From Actinomycetota bacterium (GTDB lineage Bacteria > Actinomycetota > Acidimicrobiia > IMCC26256 > VFJJ01): a stretch of 45,092 bases of DNA. Every line of letters begins with the position of its first letter. The stretch's first letter is position 1. The notes under the pieces were generated by a model. That model ran no database searches. It saw only the letters and a program-made list of their open reading frames with translations, and was not told the DNA's origin. A program made the position numbers and the translations under genes. Location: the NCBI GenBank assembly GCA_009886115.1, contig VFJJ01000111.1, positions 62,001 through 107,092 of the forward strand, read 5' to 3'. Below, piece after piece: positions 19,034 through 29,011 of this stretch.

Positions 19034-21028
19034 TTAGAACGTCCCAGCACCTCCGCTTGTTCCCGAGCCGTCAGTGACATTCGTCATAGCCGGGACGGTC
19101 TCGGGGAGCGAGTCCTTCGCGAGCTGAACCGATGCACCGCCGGCGACGGCCGCCGCCTCGTCGACCAGGCGTCGAACCTCGGCCCCGTCGATCGACTCGT
19201 GCTGCAACAGGGCCAGCGCCACCGCCTCCACCCCGGACCGGTGGACGCCGAGGAGCTTGTGGGTGCGGGCGTCCTGCTCGCGGAGGATCCGCTCGACCTC
19301 CTCGTCGATCACGCGTGCCGTGTCGTCGGAGTACTCCCGGGTCTGCATCAGATCTTCGCCAAGGAAGATGGCGCCCTGGGAGCCGAACGCGATCGGGCCG
19401 AGCCGATCGGACATGCCCCACTCCCTGACCATCTTGCGGGCCAGCTCGGTCGCGCCGACGAGATCGTTGTTGGCCCCGGTGGACGTGGTCCCGAAGAAGA
19501 GCTCCTCGGCGGCGCGACCGCCCAGACGCACCGCCAGGGAGTCCTCCAGGTACGGCTGCTGGTAGAGGTGGCGCTCACCCTCGGGAAGCTGCATCGTCAC
19601 CCCGAGGGCCATGCCCGTGGGCAGGATCGTGACCTTGTGCACCGGGTCGGCGTTGGGAAGCAGGTAGGCCATGACGGCGTGGCCAGCCTCGTGGAAGGCG
19701 ACCAACTCCTGCTCGTGGCCCGACAGCACGAGCGACCGGCGTTCGAGGCCCATGAGCACGCGGTCGCGGGCCGCCTCGAAGTCGGCCGAGGTGATCTCGT
19801 GGGCGTCACGCCGGGCGGCTCTGAGCGCGGCCTCGTTGACGAGGTTGGCCAGCTCGGCCCCGCTCATACCCGGGGTGCCCCGGGACACGACGCCGAGATC
19901 GACGCTGTCGTCGATCCGCTTGCCCTTGACGTGCACGGTGAGGATCTGGAAGCGCTCCTCGAGCGACGGCAGGGGCACGACCACCTGTCGATCGAAGCGA
20001 CCCGGTCGCAGCAGCGCCGGATCGAGCGTGTCGGGTCGGTTCGTGGCGGCGATGATGACCACGCCCTCGGTGGTCTCGAACCCGTCCATCTCGGCCAGGA
20101 TCTGGTTGAGCGTCTGTTCGCGCTCATCGTGGCCCCCGCCGAGGCCCGTGCCCCGGCGACGGCCGATGGAATCGATCTCGTCGATGAAGATGATGGCCGG
20201 CGCCTGCTTGCGGGCACTCTCGAAGAGGTCGCGGACCCGGGCGGCACCGACACCGACGAACATCTCGACGAAGTCGGATCCCGTGACCGACATGAACGGC
20301 ACCCCGGCCTCACCGGCCACGGCTCGGGCGATGAGCGTCTTGCCGGTTCCCGGGGGACCGACGAGCAGGATCCCCTTGGGAATCTTGGCCCCGATCTCGC
20401 GGAACCGCTCGGGCTTGGTGAGGAAGTCGACGACCTCGGTCACCTCTTCCTTGACCGCCTCGTAACCGGCGACGTCGGCGAACACGGTCCGGGGGCGCTC
20501 GGTCGAGTACAGCTTGGCCTTCGAGCGCCCGATCGAGGTGACCGCACCCATCTGACGATTGGCCCGTCGACTCACCCACACCACGAGGCCGATGATCAAG
20601 GCGAACGGCAAGATGGTGATGAGGGCCGAGAGCAGCACGTTGGTGCTCGACGAGCTGTACTCGATCTCGACCTCGTTGTCCTGCAACAGTGCCAGCGTGG
20701 TGTCGGCGAGCTCGCCGTCGCGTGGGCCCTGGGCCACGATGTCGGAGCGGCCCGTGTCGGGCTCGAAGGCGGCCCGGATCTCCCCGGAATCGCGATTGAT
20801 CTCGACCGACGCGATCTGGCCCGCCCCGACCTTCTCGGTGAGCTCGGTGAAGCTCACCTCGTCCGCGGGACGATCGTCACCAGCCAGGGAGCTGATCATG
20901 AATCCGGCCACGATCGCCATCAACACCAACGGAATCAGCCAACGTCGGATTCCGGTGGTGGGTCCCGGCTTGGGCGGGCTCGGCGATCGCGGAGGCCGGC
21001 CCGGTCCGGAGGAGTTGGGCGCTGGCAT
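19034..21028 (-). CDS. ftsH: ATP-dependent zinc metalloprotease FtsH
   Basis: Two N-terminal TM segments, [38 protein letters not shown] and HEAGH. AGGAGG SD before ATG 21028. Confidence 0.96.
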   Translation of the reverse strand: MPAPNSSGPGRPPRSPSPPKPGPTTGIRRWLIPLVLMAIVAGFMISSLAGDDRPADEVSFTELTEKVGAGQIASVEINRDSGEIRAAFEPDTGRSDIVAQGPRDGELADTTLALLQDNEVEIEYSSSSTNVLLSALITILPFALIIGLVVWVSRRANRQMGAVTSIGRSKAKLYSTERPRTVFADVAGYEAVKEEVTEVVDFLTKPERFREIGAKIPKGILLVGPPGTGKTLIARAVAGEAGVPFMSVTGSDFVEMFVGVGAARVRDLFESARKQAPAIIFIDEIDSIGRRRGTGLGGGHDEREQTLNQILAEMDGFETTEGVVIIAATNRPDTLDPALLRPGRFDRQVVVPLPSLEERFQILTVHVKGKRIDDSVDLGVVSRGTPGMSGAELANLVNEAALRAARRDAHEITSADFEAARDRVLMGLERRSLVLSGHEQELVAFHEAGHAVMAYLLPNADPVHKVTILPTGMALGVTMQLPEGERHLYQQPYLEDSLAVRLGGRAAEELFFGTTSTGANNDLVGATELARKMVREWGMSDRLGPIAFGSQGAIFLGEDLMQTREYSDDTARVIDEEVERILREQDARTHKLLGVHRSGVEAVALALLQHESIDGAEVRRLVDEAAAVAGGASVQLAKDSLPETVPAMTNVTDGSGTSGGAGTF

Positions 21029-21108
21029 CTTCGGTTGACCTCCTGGTGACTCGGTTCCGCCCGAGACGGGCCACGCCACGTCGCGTTGTCGGTTCGTTCG
21101 CTACCGAC

Positions 21109-21135
21109 AACGGTGCCGGATGCAGCCCGCGTTCC
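21109..21135 (-). promoter_or_regulatory. Putative ECF sigma (SigH/SigR/SigE-like) promoter of ftsH
   Basis: Minus strand GGAACG-N17-CGTT, about 80 nt upstream of the ftsH start. Confidence 0.55.
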
Positions 21136-21201
21136 CACGTCGTGAGCCACATTGTGCTCGATCTGGGGAACTACCCCGACACGGTGCCCGTCGGAGGCCA
21201 C

Positions 21202-21432
21202 ATGACAACCACGACACGAAACCACCACAAGCGTTTCCTGCTCGCCGGCGTCGCCCTGGCCAGCCTGCTGCTGGCTGCGTGCGGCAGCGCCGACGCTGCC
21301 ACCCTCGTCGACGTGGTGAGCACCGAGGCCAACGAGCTCACGCCGTGGCTGGCCTCGGAGGGCTCCGAGACGGCGTACCAGCTGATCTTCCGGCCCATGC
21401 TGCCCGACGAGGTTCCCTGCGTCGAGGGCTGA
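21202..21432 (+). CDS. Small lipoprotein (76 aa), hypothetical
   Basis: GGAGG then ATG 21202. MTTTTRNHHKRFLLAGVALASLLLAAC is a signal peptide with lipobox LAAC. Confidence 0.7.
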   Translation: MTTTTRNHHKRFLLAGVALASLLLAACGSADAATLVDVVSTEANELTPWLASEGSETAYQLIFRPMLPDEVPCVEG

Positions 21433-21489
21433 GCCGCAACCAGAGCGGGCGTGCACGGGCCCAGCCGTGAGCGGAGGGTCGCTCCTCCC

Positions 21490-21527
21490 GTCACACTCAG
21501 GCCGGTCACACTCAGGCCGGTCACACC
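21490..21527. repeat. 15-bp tandem repeat (about 2.5 copies)
   Basis: GTCACACTCAGGCCG x2 plus GTCACAC. Confidence 0.75.
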
Positions 21528-23404
21528 AGGGTTCGGGCCGTCCTCAACTTCATGAGCGACTTGCGGGCCGACTTGGCCAGGACCCGATCGGGATGCCGGG
21601 ACGCGATGGCGTCGAGCACCTCCTCGGTGAGGGGGCTGACGATCGTCCACCACTCGGAGACGAGCGCGGCGACCTCGTCGAGCGTGCCGAGGTCGCCGAG
21701 CCGGGCGAGCCCGGTTCCCACGTCACCTGAGCGCAGCAGATGCGCCATGGTGGCGATCACCTGCCCGGCACCCTGGTCGATCTGGAGCGGAGGTGCGACC
21801 TCGGTGGTGAACTCGTAGAGCCACACCGCCACCGAGGGCGCCAACTCCTCGACGCCACCGAGCGACCGCACCACGTCCTCGGCACCCACCCCGGCCATGG
21901 AGAAGACCGAGAACGCCACCTCGACGAGCCCCGGCGTGGGCCTCGCGGCAATGACCTCGGCGACGGCCTCGACGGCGCCGGGCCCGCGCCGATCGAGCCA
22001 GGCCCGCAGCGGTTCGATGATGGCGCTCGGGGCCCGGCCCGCCAGGGTCTCGAGAGCCCGCGCGGCATCGGCGGCCGGATCGACGACCATGTCGCCATCG
22101 AGGCCGATCGAGCCTTCGATGGGCGGCAGCGACGCGGGATGCGCGTCGAGCACCTGCGGTGAGACCCAGTGGGCCAGCGGCGTGGCCCGTACCCGACGGC
22201 GCTTGCGGCCCCGCCCGGGCTCGTCCTCGACCAAGCCGGCAAAGCGCAAGCGATCGACGATGGCCTCGGCATCACCGGCCGCACGGGCGAGCGAGGCCGT
22301 GCTCATGGCGCGACCGAGGGTCAACGAGGCGTCGGCGACGAGCACGTCGACGAGCTCGCCGACCGGCACGGCCTCGATGTCGAGGTAGGCGAGAACGTCG
22401 TTCGCTGCCGCGTCGTACAGCGGCCACCACGATGCTGCCTGCGGTCTGCCGGCCGTGCACAGCCCCATCTCGAGCATCGCGATGAGCCCCCGCTCCCACA
22501 GGCGAATGCCGGGGACCGGAACCGGATCGGCAACCCAGAGCCGGCCGCCGACACGCTCGATGATCCCGAGGCGCGCCGCCCACGCGAGCGTCCATACGAC
22601 CTCGCGGTGGCGGGCCAGGGTTCTCGGAGAAGGATGCCCGTCGGCGGCCCCGTCGGTGAAGGGGACGCCGGCCTGCTCGGCGGCGGCGACGAGATCGATG
22701 GCGTCACGCATGCGGAGATGCCCGGCACCCGTGAGCGCTCGACCGGAGCCGACGAACGTCTGCACGACCTCGAGCCTGCGCAACATCGGCGAGGCCAACG
22801 CATGCTCGACGAGCAACTCCTCATCGGGTGCGATCGCCCCGAGCAGGTCGTCGAGATCGGTCTCGTCGCCCCGTTCGGTACCGTCCCAGCCGACCCAGGC
22901 CCGCTGGCGGCCGGGGTGGGCGTTGAGGGCGCTGATCCAGCGGCGCACGGCGTCCCCGTCGGCCAGATCGATCCCGTCAGCACGCATGGCTCGCGAGAGC
23001 GAGGCACCGAGCCCGGCTCGGGCGGGATCGTCCATGATCTCGACGAACTCGGGGCCGAGCTCGTCGAGAGCGGCCGAGAGCTTGTCGAACGGCTCGCTCC
23101 CCGCCTCCATCTGCCCGCTGTCGGCCAGGAAGTCCATGAGGGCCAAGATCGTCGGCACGACCTCGACGATCGCGCCATCGCCCAGCTCGACGCGCTGCGG
23201 CAGCCATTCGAGCAGCAGGTCGGCGAGATGCTCGCCGTTCCAGCGCGCCAGATGCCCGTCGACGCTGCCCCACTTGTACTCGAGCACCACCCGGGCCAGC
23301 CACGCGTCGATCGGGAGGGTCCTTTCGCGTGCCCACTCGGCGAAGTCGTCGACCAGCCGGCCGCACGCGCTGTCGAACGCGGCCCGGTCGTTCGCGTCGA
23401 TCAT
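21521..23404 (-). CDS. Conserved-looking actinobacterial hypothetical protein (about 630 aa, helical)
   Basis: Long ORF with protein-like composition (LEYKWGSVDGHLARW...LLLEWLPQRV; GRALTGAGHLR; C-terminal HPDRVLAKSARKSLMKLR). The track start at 23443 overlaps a TACGAT -10, so ATG 23404 is preferred. Confidence 0.75.
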   Translation of the reverse strand: MIDANDRAAFDSACGRLVDDFAEWARERTLPIDAWLARVVLEYKWGSVDGHLARWNGEHLADLLLEWLPQRVELGDGAIVEVVPTILALMDFLADSGQMEAGSEPFDKLSAALDELGPEFVEIMDDPARAGLGASLSRAMRADGIDLADGDAVRRWISALNAHPGRQRAWVGWDGTERGDETDLDDLLGAIAPDEELLVEHALASPMLRRLEVVQTFVGSGRALTGAGHLRMRDAIDLVAAAEQAGVPFTDGAADGHPSPRTLARHREVVWTLAWAARLGIIERVGGRLWVADPVPVPGIRLWERGLIAMLEMGLCTAGRPQAASWWPLYDAAANDVLAYLDIEAVPVGELVDVLVADASLTLGRAMSTASLARAAGDAEAIVDRLRFAGLVEDEPGRGRKRRRVRATPLAHWVSPQVLDAHPASLPPIEGSIGLDGDMVVDPAADAARALETLAGRAPSAIIEPLRAWLDRRGPGAVEAVAEVIAARPTPGLVEVAFSVFSMAGVGAEDVVRSLGGVEELAPSVAVWLYEFTTEVAPPLQIDQGAGQVIATMAHLLRSGDVGTGLARLGDLGTLDEVAALVSEWWTIVSPLTEEVLDAIASRHPDRVLAKSARKSLMKLRTARTLV

Positions 23405-23562
23405 GAGCCGCACCCGGCCCGCCGTCCTGTCATCGGAAGGCATCGTAGGCGGCGTGAAGAGCCCTCCAGACCGGCCGTCTGACCACCGGACGAGGTGCGG
23501 CGTCGCCGAGGAACGCCGTCATCGCCTCTGCCCCCTGTCGAGCAGACCGGAGGCCGGCGGAG

Positions 23563-24078
23563 TCACGAAGTGGAGACGGTGGACACCGAAGGGATCGAAG
23601 GCCGAGTCGGAGCGTTGGTCGCCGGCGGCGTCGTCGTCGGGTCGCCCGGGAGCGCCGTGGTGGATGAGGCCGACGGGCTGCCCGTCGAGATCGTGGTCGC
23701 CGGCGGCGAGCTGGCCGTGGTCGTCTCGCCGTCGGAGGTTGACGTCGGCGAGCTGGTCGTGGTCGTCTCGCCGTCGGAGGTTGGCGAGGTTCCGGGCTCG
23801 GTCGGCGGCGCGGTCGACGTCGACTCGGGGAACGAGGTCTCGGTGGGCTCGCCGCTCGAAGGGGCGCTGGTGTCCTCGATCGAGGGGACGGGGAGGTCTG
23901 GAGGCGGCGCCTCGGTCGGCGCCGGTGCGGGCGGCGCCGGTGCGGGCGGCGCGAAGGCCGGTCCAAACTGGATCGGCGGGGGCGGGTCGGGGCGCAGCGG
24001 GATGTATGCGCCCACCGCGGCAACGAGGGCCAACGACACGACGATGGTCGAGCGCCGCACCGGCCCCGACCCCGTCAT
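23563..24078 (-). CDS. Pro/Thr/Ser-rich exported protein, translationally coupled to mscS
   Basis: N-terminal hydrophobic stretch followed by a low-complexity P/T/S region with an internal 42-bp duplication (23705-23783). ATGA overlap with the mscS stop. Similar arrangement to mycobacterial Rv3104c-Rv3103c. Confidence 0.7.
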   Translation of the reverse strand: MTGSGPVRRSTIVVSLALVAAVGAYIPLRPDPPPPIQFGPAFAPPAPAPPAPAPTEAPPPDLPVPSIEDTSAPSSGEPTETSFPESTSTAPPTEPGTSPTSDGETTTTSSPTSTSDGETTTASSPPATTISTGSPSASSTTALPGDPTTTPPATNAPTRPSIPSVSTVSTS

Positions 24079-24965
24079 GCCGAGGTGTCCGGCCCGGAGC
24101 CGGCGAGGGTCGGCGGAACGTTCAGGCCCTCGAGCTGGAACGCCAGGGCGATGCGGGCCCGGAGCTCCCGACTGACGTCGAACTGCCTGCCGGGCAACGT
24201 GCGGGCGACCATCCGCATCTTGACATGGCCGACATCGAGGCTCTCGACGCCCATCACGCTCGGCGGATCGAGGAGCTGGAGGCGCAGTGTCGGATCGAGG
24301 AAGGCCTCCTGACCGATCGAGCGGAGGAGATCGCTCACCCGGGTGATGTCGCTTCCGATCGGGACGGGCACGTCGATCACGGCCCGGGCCCAGTCGCGCG
24401 ACAGGTTGGTGACCTGGCGGATCTCACCGTTGGGCAGCATCAAGAGCTCACCGTCGACGGTCCGGAGCCGCGTGATGCGCAGCGTCACCTCCTCGACCGT
24501 GCCGGAGACGCCGGTCGAGGTGCCGGGCGCCGAGATCCGCACCACGTCGCCATAGCCGTACTGCCGTTCCGAGATGATGAAGAACCCCGAGAGCAGATCC
24601 TGGACGATGCGTTGGGCGCCGAAGCCGATCGCGACGCCGGCGATGGTGGCCGGAGCGACGAGGCTGGTGAGCGGGACATTGAGTCGCTCGAGCACGAGAA
24701 ACGCGGTGATCACGTACACGAGCACGATGGCGCTCCACGTGAAGACCTGGGCCAGGGCGTGACGGTGCTTCTCCTGCTCCGAACGCACGATGGCGTCGCC
24801 CAGGTCGGACCGCTCCGTCGACTCGATGCGCATCGTGACCCGCTCGCCGAACCAGGACGCGAACCGTCCGATGAGGATCGACCCGAGGATCAGCATCACG
24901 ATCTCGAGCCCGCTGCTGCGTGCCCACGTGCTGATCTCGTTCCACGTCACCGTCGCCAGGGTCAT
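24075..24965 (-). CDS. mscS: Small-conductance mechanosensitive channel (MscS family)
   Basis: AGVAIGFGAQRIVQDLLSGFFII, QYGYGDVV, GTVEEVTLRITRLRTVDGELLMLPNG, NLSRDWARAV. Start ATG 24965. Confidence 0.92.
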   Translation of the reverse strand: MTLATVTWNEISTWARSSGLEIVMLILGSILIGRFASWFGERVTMRIESTERSDLGDAIVRSEQEKHRHALAQVFTWSAIVLVYVITAFLVLERLNVPLTSLVAPATIAGVAIGFGAQRIVQDLLSGFFIISERQYGYGDVVRISAPGTSTGVSGTVEEVTLRITRLRTVDGELLMLPNGEIRQVTNLSRDWARAVIDVPVPIGSDITRVSDLLRSIGQEAFLDPTLRLQLLDPPSVMGVESLDVGHVKMRMVARTLPGRQFDVSRELRARIALAFQLEGLNVPPTLAGSGPDTSA

Positions 24966-25082
24966 CTGCGCCCCATTCTGCCCGACCGCCGTCGTGATGT
25001 CGGGCGGCGCCCGGTTCGGGCGGGCGTGCTCGTCCGGCACGTCGGTCTGCACGGGTCGGGGGGCTCCCCTACATTCGGGGCC

Positions 25083-26765
25083 GTGAGCAGACCCGAGGAC
25101 GAGCCGGCCGTCGACTTCGCCTATCCCGACATCTGGGAGCGCATCGCCGCGGAGGTGCCCGAGCGGATCGCCATCGTGTGCGGCGATCGGCGCCTCACCT
25201 ACGGCGAGCTCGACGAGCGGGCGAACCGGCTCGCGCACGTGCTGGCCGATGCGGGGCTGCGAGCGGACGACAAGGTGGCCATCGAGCTCGTCAACGGACC
25301 CGAGTACCTCGAGACGTTCTACGCCGCACTCAAGCTGGGCTGCGTGCCCGTGAACGTGAACTACCGCTACGTCGACACCGAGCTCGTGTACCTGCTCGAC
25401 AACGCCGATGCCCGGGCGTTGGTCTTCCACAGCGACTTCGTGGCCACCGTCGCCGCGGCCGTGGGTCAGTGCCCCCGTCCCCCGGCCGTCCTGCTGCGCG
25501 TCGAACGCAGCCGCCCCTCCGAGGCCCCCTCCGAGAGCACCGCCGGCAGCGGCGACGTGCCCGGCGCCAACGACTACGAGCACGCCCTCGCCCAGGCTCC
25601 GCCGACCCGCCCGCAGACGGGCCACACACCTTCGGGCGACGACCTGATCTTCGTGTACACCGGTGGGACCACCGGGATGCCCAAGGCAGTCATGTGGCCC
25701 AGCCGCGAGCTCTACCTGTCGCTGTGGCAGTCGGCCCGGCCGAGCCGGACGCCGATCGATCCACTCGTGTCGGTGCGCGCCGGAAAGCGAGCGGTCACGA
25801 TGCTGCCCGGGTCGCCGCTCATGCACGGCACGTCGCTGTTCATGTCGATGTCGACGTTGTGCGGCGGTGGAACGGTCGTCCTCGTCGATGCGCCGGGGCT
25901 CGTTCCCGAAGCCGTCTGGGATGCGGTGGCCCGCGAACGGGTGGGGCTGCTGGCGATCGTGGGCGATGCCTTCGCGCGTCCCCTGCTCGCAGCGCTCGAC
26001 GCCCATCCCGGTCGCTGGGACCTCAGCTGTGTGCAGGTGATCATGTCGTCGGGAGTGATGTGGAGCCCCGAGACCAAGCGGGGCCTGCTCGATCGGCTCC
26101 CGGCGGTGCAGCTCATCGATTCGCTCGGATCGACCGAGGGGATCATGTCGCGCAGCGTTTCGACCGACGCCGACACGACCATCGGACGAGCCCGGTTCGC
26201 GGTCTCGGCGACGATGCGGGTGCTGGCCGAGGATCCCACGTCCGGTGAGCTCCACGAGGTCGAGCCGGGCAGCGGCGAGGTCGGGCTCGTGGCCGTCGTC
26301 GGGCACGTGCCACTGGGCTACTGGAAGGACCCCGACAAGAGCGCCCGGACCTTCCGGAGCTTCGAGGGTCGCCGGCACTCGATACCGGGCGACATGGCCA
26401 TCGTCGAGGCCGACGGCTCGATCACCTTGCTGGGCCGGGGCTCGGCGTGCATCAACACCGGGGGCGAGAAGGTCTACCCCGAAGAGGTGGAGGAGATCGT
26501 GAAGTCGCATCCCGCGGTCTTCGACTGCGTCTGCGTCGGCGTGCCCGACGAGCGCTGGGGCGAGATGGTCGTCGCCCTCTACACGGTGCGCGATGGCGAC
26601 GACGAGCCCTCCGCCCACGAGCTCGACGCCTTCTGCCGTCAGCGGATGGCGGGGTACAAGCGGCCCAAGCGGTTCTTCGCGGTGGGCTCACTCGAGCGCT
26701 CGCCGGCCGGCAAGGCAGACCACCGTCGGCTCCGAACACGAGCCGCCGAGATGGTCGCAGGATGA
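25083..26765 (+). CDS. Acyl-CoA synthetase / AMP-binding enzyme (FadD19-like)
   Basis: VNVNYRY, YTGGTTGMPKAVMW, GSTEG, GDMA, GRGSACINTGGEKVYPEEVE, RSPAGKAD. TACATT -10 sits 7 nt before GTG 25083. Confidence 0.92.
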   Translation: MSRPEDEPAVDFAYPDIWERIAAEVPERIAIVCGDRRLTYGELDERANRLAHVLADAGLRADDKVAIELVNGPEYLETFYAALKLGCVPVNVNYRYVDTELVYLLDNADARALVFHSDFVATVAAAVGQCPRPPAVLLRVERSRPSEAPSESTAGSGDVPGANDYEHALAQAPPTRPQTGHTPSGDDLIFVYTGGTTGMPKAVMWPSRELYLSLWQSARPSRTPIDPLVSVRAGKRAVTMLPGSPLMHGTSLFMSMSTLCGGGTVVLVDAPGLVPEAVWDAVARERVGLLAIVGDAFARPLLAALDAHPGRWDLSCVQVIMSSGVMWSPETKRGLLDRLPAVQLIDSLGSTEGIMSRSVSTDADTTIGRARFAVSATMRVLAEDPTSGELHEVEPGSGEVGLVAVVGHVPLGYWKDPDKSARTFRSFEGRRHSIPGDMAIVEADGSITLLGRGSACINTGGEKVYPEEVEEIVKSHPAVFDCVCVGVPDERWGEMVVALYTVRDGDDEPSAHELDAFCRQRMAGYKRPKRFFAVGSLERSPAGKADHRRLRTRAAEMVAG

Positions 26766-26908
26766 GCGTCGCCGATCGAAGGGTTCGCGTCGCGCACTGA
26801 GATGATCTCGCCGTCGATCAACCTTCCCTCGTTGTGCTGGAATAGGTGCCGCGGCGACGAGCCGACACCGGACGCGCACATACGCAAGATCGAACCGAGG
26901 GGTGGTCG

Positions 26909-29011
26909 GTGCTGATCAACGAAGTCCGCAGTCCGTTGCCTCCTGCGGCCGCGCGAGCGCTGCTCGGACACCTCCTCGAGGTCGTGACCCTCATCGAGGC
27001 GACGGGGCGCGTCGCGTGGTCGTCCGGTGACGACTCAGGAGCGCTCGGATACCCACCCCGGGAGTGGGCCGAGCTCGATCTGTGGGCTCGGATCCACCCC
27101 GACGATCTCGGCATCGTCCACAGGGCCTTCGAAGAGTTGCTGGCCAGTCCCGGCGGCATCGTCACCGGCGAGTTCCGTGTCCGTGCCGCGAGCGGGAGCT
27201 GGGTCGACACCGAGGCCCGGGGTGTCAATCTCCTCGACGACCCCGAGGTGGGTTTCATCGTGTTGGGGACGCGCGACGTGTCCGACCGAACGGGACGATT
27301 CCGAGCCCTCGTCGAGCACCTCAGCGACCACCTGGTGATCGTGGGCCTCGACGGTGTCGTGCAGTACCTCACGCCCGAGCTGGCCCGTTACGCGGGTTTC
27401 CCCAACGGCGAGATGCCGACGTCGATCGACCTGATCGCGCTGTGCCTCGCCGACGACCGCAAGCGTCTGGCCGCGGCGGCCCGCACGGTGATCGGGTGCT
27501 CGCCCGGCGCGACCCACGACGAGATCGTCCGGGTCCAGGCCGACGGGGTCACGCGTTGGCTCGAGGTGCGATTGCACAATCAGGTGGGTGTGGTCGGCGT
27601 CGACGGCCTCGTCGTGGTGGGCCGCGACGTCACCGAGCGGGTCTCGGTGCAGCTGGCACTCGAGTACCAGGCCCTCCACGACCCCCTGACCGGCCTCCCC
27701 AACCGGGCCCTGCTCATCGACCGCATGAGTCAGGCCATCGCCGCTACGGCCCGCACGCCGAGCTGGGTCGCGGTCCTTTTCGTCGACCTCGACGGGTTCA
27801 AGATGGTCAACGACAGCCTCGGACACGCTGGCGGCGACACGGTGCTCGAGCAGGTCGCTCGGCGCCTCGTCACTGCCGTCCGCCCAGCCGACACCGTGGC
27901 CCGCCTCGGCGGTGACGAGTTCGTCGTGCTCTGCGGCGGCCTGGCGACCCTCGATCAGGCCGAGATCGTCGCTGCCCGGGTGAGCGCTGCGTTCGAACGC
28001 CCGGTGCCCGTCGCCGGCCGCGGCTCGGTGTCGGTGACCGCCAGCGTGGGCGTGGCCGTCGGTCGCCACGGCATCACGGCCGAGCAGCTCCTCCAAGACG
28101 CCGATCTGGCGATGTTCGAAGCCAAGCAGCGAGGTCGAGGCCAGCAGGCACGGTTCGATCCCCAGCTGCGCCAGCAGCTCCGGGGGCGGACGGCGCTCGG
28201 GTACGAGCTTCGACGAGCGCTCGAACGCGACGAGCTGCGGCTGGTGTACCAGCCCGTCGTCGATCTGCACACCGGCACCGTCGACGGAGCCGAGGCCCTC
28301 CTCCGCTGGGAGCACCCCGAGCGCGGTGAGATCAGCCCGGCGCACTTCCTCGTTGCTGCGGTCGACTTCGGCATGACCGATCAGATCGACGAGTGGGTCG
28401 TACGCCGAGCCGCCATGGAAACCGCCACCTGGCTGTCGGCCCAGGCGAGCTCGCAGGGACCTCGGCGGTGGCGTACCTGGGTCAACGTCTTCCCCCACGA
28501 GCTCACCGCACCCCGCTTGATCGACCACGTGAGCCGGGCGATCGCAGAGAGCGGCCTGTCGCCCACGTGCCTGGGCATCGAGATCACCGAGCAGGCCCTG
28601 ATCCACGACCACGAGGGTGCCGCACGCCGCCTCACCCAGCTGCGCGATCTCGGCGTCTACTCCGCGCTCGACGACTTCGGGACCGGTTACTCGTCGCTGG
28701 CGTGGTTGCAGCAGCTCCCCGTCGACGCCCTGAAGCTCGACCGGAGCTTCGTGTCGCCGCTCGCGTTGGGTCGCCGCCAGCCCGCATCGATCGTCGCCGC
28801 GATCGTGACGCTGGGCCATGCGCTCGATCTCGATGTGGTCGCCGAGGGGGTCGAGACGATCGAGCAGCTCGAGGCGGTTCGGGTGCTCGGGTGCGACCTG
28901 GCGCAGGGGTTCCATCTCGGCCGTCCCGGTGCGCTCGCCGACATCCCCGTCAGCGTGCCCGCATTGGTCAGCCTCGGCCCGCCGCGCCCGGAGACGTCGG
29001 TCACACGCTGA
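26909..29011 (+). CDS. PAS-PAS-GGDEF-EAL protein (diguanylate cyclase / c-di-GMP phosphodiesterase)
   Basis: PAS IHPDD...DVSDR, HDPLTGLPNR, DLDGFKMVNDSLGH, RPAD I-site, GGDEF, EALLRW, DDFGTGYSSL, KLDRSF, AEGVET, QGF. Start GTG 26909 (GAGGGG SD) or 26846. Confidence 0.93.
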   Translation: MLINEVRSPLPPAAARALLGHLLEVVTLIEATGRVAWSSGDDSGALGYPPREWAELDLWARIHPDDLGIVHRAFEELLASPGGIVTGEFRVRAASGSWVDTEARGVNLLDDPEVGFIVLGTRDVSDRTGRFRALVEHLSDHLVIVGLDGVVQYLTPELARYAGFPNGEMPTSIDLIALCLADDRKRLAAAARTVIGCSPGATHDEIVRVQADGVTRWLEVRLHNQVGVVGVDGLVVVGRDVTERVSVQLALEYQALHDPLTGLPNRALLIDRMSQAIAATARTPSWVAVLFVDLDGFKMVNDSLGHAGGDTVLEQVARRLVTAVRPADTVARLGGDEFVVLCGGLATLDQAEIVAARVSAAFERPVPVAGRGSVSVTASVGVAVGRHGITAEQLLQDADLAMFEAKQRGRGQQARFDPQLRQQLRGRTALGYELRRALERDELRLVYQPVVDLHTGTVDGAEALLRWEHPERGEISPAHFLVAAVDFGMTDQIDEWVVRRAAMETATWLSAQASSQGPRRWRTWVNVFPHELTAPRLIDHVSRAIAESGLSPTCLGIEITEQALIHDHEGAARRLTQLRDLGVYSALDDFGTGYSSLAWLQQLPVDALKLDRSFVSPLALGRRQPASIVAAIVTLGHALDLDVVAEGVETIEQLEAVRVLGCDLAQGFHLGRPGALADIPVSVPALVSLGPPRPETSVTR

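Noticed and set aside
21084..21112. Inverted repeat with 9-nt spacer as a CIRCE element
   Set aside because: The arms do not match TTAGCACTC/GAGTGCTAA.
22455..26765. 1436-aa ORF read as a giant multidomain protein
   Set aside because: Only the part from 25083 is an acyl-CoA synthetase. The upstream part is a stop-poor antisense frame over three real minus-strand genes.
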